Below, in pieces: positions 18,915 through 26,570 of a DNA stretch of 62,600 nt. Position 1 is the first letter of the stretch. Each line of letters begins with the position of its first letter. Source of the DNA: an uncultured Syntrophales bacterium (lineage in GTDB: Bacteria > Desulfobacterota > Syntrophia > Syntrophales > JADFWA01); the NCBI GenBank assembly GCA_964454305.1, contig CAYVXX010000004.1, positions 1-62,600 of the forward strand. Direction: 5' to 3'. Made by a program: the position numbers and the translations under genes. A model generated the notes under the pieces. That model was not told the DNA's origin. It was given only the letters and a program-made list of their open reading frames with translations, and made no database searches.

Positions 18915-19490
18915 ATGAAAAATATTTATATCGTTCTTTTACATTATCCTGTTTATAATAAAAAAGGAGATGTTATTACAACCGCGGTTACCAATATGGA
19001 CATACATGATATATCCAGATCCGCGAAGACTTACGGAATAAAACGGTTTTATATAGTTACGCCGGTTGAAGAACAGAGAGAGTTGGTTAGACGGATAATA
19101 CGTCACTGGCAAAGGGGGTATGGCGCTTCTTATAATCCATTGAGGAAAGAAGCGATGGATATTGTCGACTTAAAAGGTACCCTCGAAGAGGTATTGGAAG
19201 ATATCTCGGCAGAAACAAAAAATAAGGTCAGGCTTGTGCTAACGGGTGCAGGGCTTAGGGGAAAGTTGACAAAATTCGCAGAATTGAAAAGAAGTATGGC
19301 GAAAAGTCAGAATCCCTGTCTTCTGGTTTTTGGAACAGGTTGGGGCATTGTCAGGGAAGTGATTGATGATGCCGACTTTTTCCTTGAACCGATCGAAGGA
19401 CCATCTAATTATAACCACCTGTCTGTTCGATCTGCAGTAGCCGTCGTATTGGATAGATTGTTAGGAGAGAGAGGAGTTAGAAAGAAATGA
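18915..19490 (+). CDS. Putative SAM-dependent RNA methyltransferase-like protein (uncharacterised family)
   Basis: 191-aa ORF between trmD and rplS, overlapping the rplS start by 4 nt. The family assignment is from memory of similar proteins annotated this way and has not been verified. Confidence 0.5.
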   Translation: MKNIYIVLLHYPVYNKKGDVITTAVTNMDIHDISRSAKTYGIKRFYIVTPVEEQRELVRRIIRHWQRGYGASYNPLRKEAMDIVDLKGTLEEVLEDISAETKNKVRLVLTGAGLRGKLTKFAELKRSMAKSQNPCLLVFGTGWGIVREVIDDADFFLEPIEGPSNYNHLSVRSAVAVVLDRLLGERGVRKK

Positions 19491-19834
19491 ATAGAGTTGA
19501 GATGCTTGAAAAAGAACAGATTAGATTGGATATTCCTTATTTTAAATCAGGTGATACCGTTAAGGTGTATGCGAAAATTGTCGAAGGCCAGAAAGAGAGA
19601 ATACAGGTTTTTGAAGGAGTTGTAATAAGGAAAAGAGGGGGAAGTAACCGGGCAACTTTTACTGTGAGGAAAATGTCATATGGTGTAGGCGTTGAAAGAA
19701 CTTTTCCCCTTCATTCGCCTATAATAGACAGGGTCGAGGTTGTAAGAAAAGGAAAAGTTAGGCGTTCCAGGCTGTACTATCTGAGAGGACTTAGAGGCAA
19801 GAAGGCAAGGATAAAAGAAGCCGATAGAAGGTAA
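19487..19834 (+). CDS. rplS: 50S ribosomal protein L19
   Basis: 115 aa. [16 protein letters not shown]...[10 protein letters not shown] is the canonical L19 sequence. Confidence 0.97.
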   Translation: MNRVEMLEKEQIRLDIPYFKSGDTVKVYAKIVEGQKERIQVFEGVVIRKRGGSNRATFTVRKMSYGVGVERTFPLHSPIIDRVEVVRKGKVRRSRLYYLRGLRGKKARIKEADRR

Positions 19835-19836
19835 GA

Positions 19837-20084
19837 AAGTGAGCTAAAATGTCTAAAGTGAACTAAAGTGCCTAAAGTTGACAGTCTCGTAAAAAGTCTC
19901 CTTAGCTTGTCATTTCGAGTGAAACGAGAAACCCTTTAAACGTAACATACTTAAAAGATAAGATTTCTCCCTATAGTCGAAATGACATATTCGTTGAATT
20001 TCACTTTTTACGAGCGCATCAAAGTTAAGGGGTTTGATAATTTTAACTTTAGCTCACTTTAGGCACTTCAAACTTTAGGCACTT
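19837..20084. repeat. Composite palindrome: family-C word arms flanking family-B element B2 (19879-20021)
   Basis: The left arm (19837-19878) and right arm (20045-20084) are inverted arrays of xxxTAAAGT words. B2 termini: TGACAGTCTCGTAAAAAGTC and CACTTTTTACGAGCGCATCA. Confidence 0.6.
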
Positions 20085-20087
20085 TTA

Positions 20088-20696
20088 ATGACTATGTACA
20101 GTTTTGAACTGAGTGCTCATCGTAGCGGCTTTCAGGTTGTGGCTGGTGTTGATGAGGCGGGGAGGGGCCCTCTGTCAGGTCCTGTTATTGCAGCGGCCGT
20201 CGTTCTTCCCCCAAGCTATAAGAATGATGAAATTCGTGATTCAAAACAACTTTCTCCCAAAAAGAGAGAAAGACTATACGAAACAATAAATAATGATGCC
20301 CTTTCAGTTGGGTTAGGTGTTGTAGAATCGTCTGTCATTGATTCCATAAATATTCTTCAGGCAACATTAATGGCAATGGAAGAGGCGGTTACAAATCTTT
20401 CCCTTGCCGTCGATTATCTTTTAATTGATGGTATCAATAATATTAACGTACCCATCCCGCAACAGGCCATTCGCAAAGGAGATTCCCTAAGTATTTCAAT
20501 AGCTTCAGCTTCTATTATTGCCAAGGTGTCCAGAGATAAAATAATGGAGATATATCATCATCAATTCCCGCAGTATAATTTTCTTAAAAATAAGGGGTAT
20601 GGTACTCTTGAACATCGCGAGGCCATAAAGAAATATGGGTGCTGTAAAATTCACAGAAGATCTTTCAAGAGGGTAAAGGAATACCTCTATTTGTAA
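20088..20696 (+). CDS. rnhB: Ribonuclease HII
   Basis: 202 aa. VAGVDEAGRGPLSGPV catalytic motif. Confidence 0.95.
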   Translation: MTMYSFELSAHRSGFQVVAGVDEAGRGPLSGPVIAAAVVLPPSYKNDEIRDSKQLSPKKRERLYETINNDALSVGLGVVESSVIDSINILQATLMAMEEAVTNLSLAVDYLLIDGINNINVPIPQQAIRKGDSLSISIASASIIAKVSRDKIMEIYHHQFPQYNFLKNKGYGTLEHREAIKKYGCCKIHRRSFKRVKEYLYL

Positions 20697-20701
20697 AACG
20701 A

Positions 20702-21070
20702 ATGGCTAATACTAAGATTCAGACAGGTAAACTGGGTGAAAATATTGCGGCTGATTACCTGGAAAAAGAAGGGTACAGAATTGTTCAAAGGAATTACAGG
20801 TGCGTTTTTGGAGAGATTGATATTGTTGCAATAGATAGAAATGTCATAGTATTTGTAGAAGTCAGAAGCAGGAGATCGGCTAAATACGGTTATCCGCAGG
20901 AGTCAGTTGGGCATAGCAAGAAAATGAAAATTTCAAAAATAGCATTGAATTATTTGAAGGAAAAGCAGTTCCAGGACTGCCGCGCAAGATTTGATGTTGC
21001 GGCGGTTAAAATTTTACCTGAGGGCAGCGAGGTAAAACTTATTAAAAATGCTTTTGATCTGATGTATTAA
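20702..21070 (+). CDS. yraN: YraN-family endonuclease (UPF0102)
   Basis: 122 aa. GEIDIVA...VFVEVR motif. Conserved position after rnhB. Confidence 0.88.
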   Translation: MANTKIQTGKLGENIAADYLEKEGYRIVQRNYRCVFGEIDIVAIDRNVIVFVEVRSRRSAKYGYPQESVGHSKKMKISKIALNYLKEKQFQDCRARFDVAAVKILPEGSEVKLIKNAFDLMY

Positions 21071-21073
21071 ACT

Positions 21074-21263
21074 TGACAAGTTCGTAAAAAGTTTTTTCAG
21101 AGCGAATTTAAGCATTTTGGGAAAAAGATGCTGATAGTGACCGGCGTTAAGAAAATCTAACTGTTTGAGTGCATAAGCACGAGTTTTAGATTTTTAGCCG
21201 GGCAATAACAGCATTCCCAAAATGGTTCTGAGCGAAGAAAAGTGACTTTTTACGAGCGTATGA
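21074..21263. mobile_element. Family-B MITE-like element, copy B3
   Basis: Termini TGACAAGTTCGTAAAAAGT and GACTTTTTACGAGCGTATGA. Internal 10-bp inverted repeat CATTTTGGGA/TCCCAAAATG. No ORF. Confidence 0.5.
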
Positions 21264-21282
21264 AACCGTTAAACTTGAAACC

Positions 21283-22125
21283 ATGGAAAAAGGAACATTA
21301 TATATTGTTTCAACTCCTATAGGTAATCTGGAGGATATAACCCTCAGGGCGCTGAGGGTTCTAAGGGAAGTCCAGCTTATTGCGGCGGAAGATACCCGCA
21401 GGACAAAGAAACTGTTAAACGCGTATCAAATTCGTACTCCACTCACCAGCCTTTATGATCATAATGAGTTAGAAAAAAGCAATTTTTTGATTTCCAAGAT
21501 TAGTGACGGGATGAATATGGCTTATGTGTCTGATGCCGGAACTCCCGGCATATCAGATCCGGGATATATCTTAGTGAATAGAGCGATTGAAAACCATATC
21601 AAGGTTGTTCCTGTTCCCGGCATATCTGCCGTGATAGCAGCACTGAGTGTTTCCGGTTTGCCAATGGACAATTTTGTTTTTAATGGATTTTTGCCTTCCA
21701 GAGCAAATAAGAAAAGACAGTTTTTAGAATCACTGAAGGATGAGAGCAGAACGATGGTTTTTTATGAGTCTCCTAACAGGCTGGTTTCTACACTTCGGGA
21801 TATAGAAAAAATTATGGGGAACAGAGAAGTAGTTGTTTCCAGAGAGTTGACAAAGGTTTTTGAAGAAATATTAAGGGGAGATGTCAGGAAAATTATGGAC
21901 TCTCTGCAAGAAAGGGTGGTAAAAGGAGAAATTACTCTTGTGGTTGCGGGAAAAGAAAAAACACCTCGTCAGTTTTCGGATGAAGAGATACGAATCAGGG
22001 TTGAAAAATTGGGAGAAGATCTCGAACTTACGACAAGAGATATAGTAGATGTAATTTCCCGGGAAACAGGCCTTTCAAAGAGGAGGGTTTACAAACAAGT
22101 TTTGAAACTGGTTGAAGATGTATAG
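21283..22125 (+). CDS. rsmI: 16S rRNA (cytidine1402-2'-O)-methyltransferase
   Basis: GTLYIVSTPIGNLEDIT...AAEDTR is the canonical RsmI N-terminus. Confidence 0.95.
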   Translation: MEKGTLYIVSTPIGNLEDITLRALRVLREVQLIAAEDTRRTKKLLNAYQIRTPLTSLYDHNELEKSNFLISKISDGMNMAYVSDAGTPGISDPGYILVNRAIENHIKVVPVPGISAVIAALSVSGLPMDNFVFNGFLPSRANKKRQFLESLKDESRTMVFYESPNRLVSTLRDIEKIMGNREVVVSRELTKVFEEILRGDVRKIMDSLQERVVKGEITLVVAGKEKTPRQFSDEEIRIRVEKLGEDLELTTRDIVDVISRETGLSKRRVYKQVLKLVEDV

Positions 22126-22172
22126 CGAGTGCGTATTTTTCTCAAAATGCTTTGATAGCTTCAATAAGAAGG

Positions 22173-22357
22173 TTGAACTGAACAGCGAGCGCCTTCCCCG
22201 CTGCTTGCGGCGGGGTTATCGAGCGAACACACAAAATATTTTCCTCACCCCGATAAACGGGATAAGTACGTTAACGAATTTGCTTTCTACCAGAAAGCAA
22301 ATTCTAACTCACTAAACAGTTGGAGATTCCCCGCAACTTGTTGCGGGGAGCTTCAAT
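22173..22357 (+). repeat. Family-A composite hairpin element, long form (A1)
   Basis: 5' box TTGAACTGAACAGCGAGCG. Hairpin CCCCGC-TGCTTGCG-GCGGGG. 13-bp stem 22276-22304. 3' module GGAGATT-CCCCGCAACTTGTTGCGGGG-AGCTTCAAT. Confidence 0.7.
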
Positions 22358-22409
22358 TTGTCAAAACCATATTATAAGTCATGAGCTCAATTGGATAAGG
22401 GAGAACATC

Positions 22410-22808
22410 ATGGACAAAGATGAGAGACTGGAAGAAAGGATAGAACCCGCTGTTGAAGGGTCGCCGTTTGTTGATGACCCGTTAGAGGAAGTGGATAAAG
22501 ATTTGTCGTATGAAGAAAATCCTGAGGAAGAAATAATTGATCTATTTGATGGAATTCTTAATGATAAAGAAAATCTCGAAGCCGTTAAGGACAAAGATGG
22601 GTGGATATTAAAAGATGATGAAGAGATCTATGACCTTATTGATGTTGTTGAAGAAGTTCCTGAAGGGGTTTTAGGGGATCGTGAGTTTAATGATGAAATC
22701 GTAAAAAAGGTATCAGAGATTGCTGAAAAAATTGCCAGAGAGATAGTGCCCGAAATTGCCGAAAGGGTTATCAGGGAAGAAATCGAGAAATTGAAGAACG
22801 ATGAATAA
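22410..22808 (+). CDS. Highly acidic protein, function unknown
   Basis: 132-aa Asp/Glu-rich ORF. The start was set at ATG 22410 (AAGGGAGA upstream) because the track N-terminus is a translation of repeat A1. Confidence 0.5.
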   Translation: MDKDERLEERIEPAVEGSPFVDDPLEEVDKDLSYEENPEEEIIDLFDGILNDKENLEAVKDKDGWILKDDEEIYDLIDVVEEVPEGVLGDREFNDEIVKKVSEIAEKIAREIVPEIAERVIREEIEKLKNDE

Positions 22809-22826
22809 CGGTCAGGGAGGGTTCGT

Positions 22827-23720
22827 TTGAGAAAAGTATTTTTTCTCGCACTTATTTTTTTTATTGTTTGTGGCCTTTGGTATCCATATGCCTATGTTGC
22901 CGGAAATGGATTTGAAATCCGGATGGTCTATGCGGAAGACGGGAGTTTCCTGGTCAATAAGGAGATGCCGAGAATTATGGTTCTTATTGCAGAACAGAAC
23001 GTAGGGCAGGATTATTCCGGCTACCGTTGGGGTACGATTTGTGATGGTGTTATCAGAGCCAGGTTTTTAGAGAAGGGGTTTACCTTTGTTGATTATTCAA
23101 TTCCAGAGGGTGAGTTTGATTTTGAGAAGTTTTATCAGTTTGGAGATTTGGGTGACGAGGGAGCTGTGTCTTTAGGAAATCAGGGAGGTGCAGAACTTGT
23201 CATTACGGGGAAAGCCCTGGTGAAATGTACGGGAAATGTGGCCGGTACTACCATGAAATCTTTTCAGTCCACCCTTACAGCTAAGGCTATAAGGGTGAAT
23301 GACGGGGTTGTCGTAGCTTCGGCAAGTGTACAGGAGGCAACTATTCATATGGATGATCTGACCGGAGGGTCTGAAGCCATTGAAAAAGCCGCCACGAAAC
23401 TGGCAAATCTTTTGCAATCGCAAATTATAGCAAAGTGGCAAGAAGAAGTCAATTCAATCGCAGTGGTTTCCATAACTGTTCGAGGAATGAAAAGTTGCTC
23501 CGATTTCGTTCAATTTATAGAAGTATTAAAGACAGAAGTGAGAGGAATAAAAAATGTTTATCCGCGGAGGATAGAATCGGATGCAGTTAAATTGGATTTA
23601 GATATGCGTGGAAGTGCCCAATCTCTTGCTGAGGAGCTTTCTGCCCAAAAATTCAGTGGCTTTTCACTTGATATAACTAACATCAGCAAAGAAAACATTG
23701 AGCTGAGATTATATAGATGA
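22827..23720 (+). CDS. Exported protein, function unknown
   Basis: 297 aa. TTG start with GGGAGGG upstream. N-terminal signal/TM segment. No diagnostic motif recognised. Confidence 0.55.
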   Translation: MRKVFFLALIFFIVCGLWYPYAYVAGNGFEIRMVYAEDGSFLVNKEMPRIMVLIAEQNVGQDYSGYRWGTICDGVIRARFLEKGFTFVDYSIPEGEFDFEKFYQFGDLGDEGAVSLGNQGGAELVITGKALVKCTGNVAGTTMKSFQSTLTAKAIRVNDGVVVASASVQEATIHMDDLTGGSEAIEKAATKLANLLQSQIIAKWQEEVNSIAVVSITVRGMKSCSDFVQFIEVLKTEVRGIKNVYPRRIESDAVKLDLDMRGSAQSLAEELSAQKFSGFSLDITNISKENIELRLYR

Positions 23721-23728
23721 GTTGAGGT

Positions 23729-24334
23729 GTGCAAATGTTCCTTAACAGGATAAAAAGTGCTTTTTGTCTATTAGTAATTATCTGTTTTATTTCCGGTTGC
23801 TGGTTAAGATCTTCCTCTCCAGTTGTTCCTCCTTCAAGTGAGACGAGTCCAAGGCTTGTTGCAGTGCTGCCCGTAGATAATGAGACGTCTGATACACAGG
23901 CAGCCCAAATTCTGCGAAAAAAGATATTTGAAGAACTATATTTTAAAGGTTATCCCAAAATACCGTTAGAAATTGTTGACGAAAAGCTCTCTAAAGTTTA
24001 TAAAAAAAATACGGAATGTGTGGCAGGAAAAATACCGCCTAAAGCAATAGGGGAGTTGCTTGGTGTTGATGCCGTGATGTATTGTACCCTGACTGAGTGG
24101 AAAACCTCTTTTGTTTATTTTTATGCCCCCACGGCGGTTTCCGCTTCTTTTGAATTAAGAAGTGCTAAGACAGGAGAGACACTCTGGAGTTCACATTATA
24201 GGGTAGTGAAGAAGAACTATGGATTTTCTCAGAAAGAACTTGAAATGAAATCATGTCAGATTTATGAAAAGGCTGTTGAGGAAGTGGTAAATAAGGCCAT
24301 GGAAACCCTGCCTGATGGTCCTGATGCTGTATGA
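23729..24334 (+). CDS. Lipoprotein, possibly of the DUF799/GNA1162-like family
   Basis: Lipobox FISGC. The LVAVLPVDNETSD pattern resembles DUF799 lipoproteins. Assigned from memory, unverified. Confidence 0.5.
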   Translation: MQMFLNRIKSAFCLLVIICFISGCWLRSSSPVVPPSSETSPRLVAVLPVDNETSDTQAAQILRKKIFEELYFKGYPKIPLEIVDEKLSKVYKKNTECVAGKIPPKAIGELLGVDAVMYCTLTEWKTSFVYFYAPTAVSASFELRSAKTGETLWSSHYRVVKKNYGFSQKELEMKSCQIYEKAVEEVVNKAMETLPDGPDAV

Positions 24335-24404
24335 ACAGAGTTATCAGCGTTCAGCGATAAGATAGAATCATATTTCCCAAGCTCAGTATAACAGGGAGTT
24401 GATT

Positions 24405-25172
24405 ATGCAAAGCTTTCAGAAAACCATTTTTTTGTTCTGTGCGGTTTTTTTTATTTTTGTTATCTTATCGAATGATGTTTGTGCCAGAAGACTGATGACG
24501 GTTACAATCGGGAAAGACGAGGCAAAAGTAACTCTTCTTGAGGGGACAGCCTCAGTTACTTCAGATGGTGAGAGTCAAAGGCATCCGTTGCAAGTCGGAG
24601 ATATTCTGAAAGGTGGTGACCGGGTAAATACCGGGTCTAAATCAAGACTGGAGATTGTTTTGATGAATAAGACAATTCTCCGCTTTGCGGATAGTACCCG
24701 TTTTAAAATTTCTCAAATTGGCTGTAATGAGAAATCGAAGACCGAATATGTTAGGGTGCGACTGCTTCTGGGCAGGACCTGGGCAAATGTGAACAAGACC
24801 GTGGGTGCAAAAACTGATTTTGCGCTGTCCTGTGAAAATGCTGTTGCCGGTGTTAGGGGAACAGTATATAGAATGAATGTAAATGATGATAAATCGGTGC
24901 TGGTAAGGGTTTACGGTGGTATGGTGCACGTTACGGGAGGTGGGGCGATTATTGAGCCTCCAAAGGAAATCGAAGCCCCGCATAGGATAGCAGGACCGAG
25001 GGTCGTTCCCGGGCCTGAAAAAGTTACATTAGAAGAATGGACATACCTCCTTAAATCGATGCAGCAGGTCAGCATAAAGGGAGATGGTACGGCCGAGAGA
25101 CCACGGGATTTTACTCTGGAAGAAGATAAGAATGTATGGGTTGATTGGAACAAATCAAGAGATGACTTGTAG
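24405..25172 (+). CDS. FecR-domain protein, exported
   Basis: Signal peptide, then a FecR-like segment (GDILKGGDRVNTGSKSRLEIVL...ILRFADSTRFKI). Confidence 0.65.
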   Translation: MQSFQKTIFLFCAVFFIFVILSNDVCARRLMTVTIGKDEAKVTLLEGTASVTSDGESQRHPLQVGDILKGGDRVNTGSKSRLEIVLMNKTILRFADSTRFKISQIGCNEKSKTEYVRVRLLLGRTWANVNKTVGAKTDFALSCENAVAGVRGTVYRMNVNDDKSVLVRVYGGMVHVTGGGAIIEPPKEIEAPHRIAGPRVVPGPEKVTLEEWTYLLKSMQQVSIKGDGTAERPRDFTLEEDKNVWVDWNKSRDDL

Positions 25173-25182
25173 TAGTTAAAAG

Positions 25183-25725
25183 ATGAATATACCAAATTTC
25201 TTAACCCTGATGAGAATATTCCTTGTTCCTGTTCTTGTTATATTCTTGATTCAGGGTTTGTTTTTTAATGCACTTATTGTTTTTGTCGTTGCGGGCATTA
25301 CTGATGCCGTTGACGGTTTTCTTGCAAGGATATTGAAACAAAAAACAGTTTTGGGTTCATATATGGATCCACTGGCCGATAAGGCTCTGATTACCAGCTC
25401 CTATGTGACTTTAGCAATCCTTGGAATGATTCCTTCCTGGCTTGCCGTGATTGTAGTAAGTAGGGATTTTATTATATTATTTGGTATTTCTGTACTCTCT
25501 TTTATGTCTATTTCTTTTGATGTTCGTCCTGCTTTTGTAGGTAAGGTAACAACAGTGTTTCAGCTTTTATCTATTTTTTCTGTCCTTATGCTAAGGTATT
25601 TACCGGGAAGTTTTTATTGGCAGTTGCTTGAAGTGGTTTATTGGACTACAGCTTTGTTTACAATTGCTTCCGGCTTGCATTATGTGGCGAAAGGGGTGAA
25701 ATTCATAAATAATAGTACCGGGTAA
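25183..25725 (+). CDS. pgsA: CDP-diacylglycerol--glycerol-3-phosphate 3-phosphatidyltransferase
   Basis: CDP-alcohol phosphatidyltransferase motif DAVDGFLAR...G...DPLADK. N-terminal NIPNFLTLMRI. Confidence 0.9.
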   Translation: MNIPNFLTLMRIFLVPVLVIFLIQGLFFNALIVFVVAGITDAVDGFLARILKQKTVLGSYMDPLADKALITSSYVTLAILGMIPSWLAVIVVSRDFIILFGISVLSFMSISFDVRPAFVGKVTTVFQLLSIFSVLMLRYLPGSFYWQLLEVVYWTTALFTIASGLHYVAKGVKFINNSTG

Positions 25726-25963
25726 TTGTGAACAATCGGTAGTTAGCATTCAGACGTTAGCAAGACAGAGAAAAGCAGTTTTCATCCCGGTTTCTTTACT
25801 GAAGGATGACTGCTCAGGTAATATTTGTCTTGACATAAAAACGCTTTATTGTTAATCAGTGGCGGATTTTAATGTAAGACATTTACAGAATTTGCAAATG
25901 TCTTGAAACCCATTAGAATTTGAGAAATATCCACTCAAGGTGGAATCTTTTTCGAAGGTCTGT

Positions 25964-26038
25964 AGGCACGTAGCTCAGGGGGAGAGCATCACCTTGACAC
26001 GGTGGGGGTCCAGGGTTCAAATCCCTGCGTGCCTACCA
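25964..26038 (+). tRNA. tRNA-Val (anticodon GAC)
   Basis: Hand-folded cloverleaf. Acceptor AGGCACG/CGTGCCT, D stem GCTC/GAGC, anticodon stem TCACC/GGTGG with loop TTGACAC, T arm CAGGG-TTCAAAT-CCCTG, encoded CCA. Confidence 0.92.
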
Positions 26039-26118
26039 TTTATAGTTAATAGTTGCAGGAAATGTTTGAGGAACCTTCAGACATCTCAAAATTCATCGGC
26101 GATGAATTTCACCAGCTT

Positions 26119-26190
26119 TTGAACTGAACAGCGAGCGCATTATTCTTCGAATTACTTCGTTCCCCGTAGCTTGCTGCGGGGAGCTTCAAT
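26119..26190 (+). repeat. Family-A element, minimal form (A2)
   Basis: TTGAACTGAACAGCGAGCG, then a 26-nt linker, then CCCCGTAGCTTGCTGCGGGG-AGCTTCAAT. Confidence 0.65.
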
Positions 26191-26570
26191 TAACTAAATA
26201 TTTCGAGGGGTATCTCCTCAAAGTGAGACCTTTTTCAGAAGTCTCGACAGGTGGTGAGTTGAAAGGGGCATCAGCAAGTTTAAAATCAGCGATGCCCTTT
26301 ATTTAAATAAAGGTCTAATCAGGTGCCTGTCTGATGAAGAAGGGTCTTTGTCTGCAATATTTGCGTTTTTTGTGTATGTGCGGGTATCGCCCCAAACAAT
26401 AAGATTTAGTTTGAAATGTGAAATGAATTGAAGTGCCTAAAGTTAAGGATTTTAATCAGTCAACTTTAGCTTACTTTGTACCCTTTTTGAACTTTTTTGG
26501 TTATCCGCCTCAGGCAGATCCGTATCAGGTTTAAAATGTATGTGCATTTTTCTGGAATGGGACATTTTTC

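Noticed and set aside
21067-21278. The 10-bp direct repeat TTAAACTTGA as a definite target-site duplication of B3
   Set aside because: The left copy overlaps the element terminus, and B1 and B2 show no equivalent duplication. I kept it only as an observation.
22112-22409. Track ORF 22112-22315 and the first 30 codons of ORF 22320-22808
   Set aside because: Both are translations of repeat A1 (for example MEIPRNLLRGAS, which comes from the hairpin). The same sequence recurs in non-coding contexts. The real gene most likely starts at 22410, which has an RBS.
25940-26122. A 60-aa ORF overlapping tRNA-Val
   Set aside because: It is fully explained by the tRNA gene and the start of repeat A2, and it has no RBS.
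26195-26570. A thrS leader as a tRNA-like operator or T-box
   Set aside because: Several small hairpins and a family-C palindrome are visible. No T-box specifier/antiterminator architecture or anticodon-arm mimic could be established by eye.
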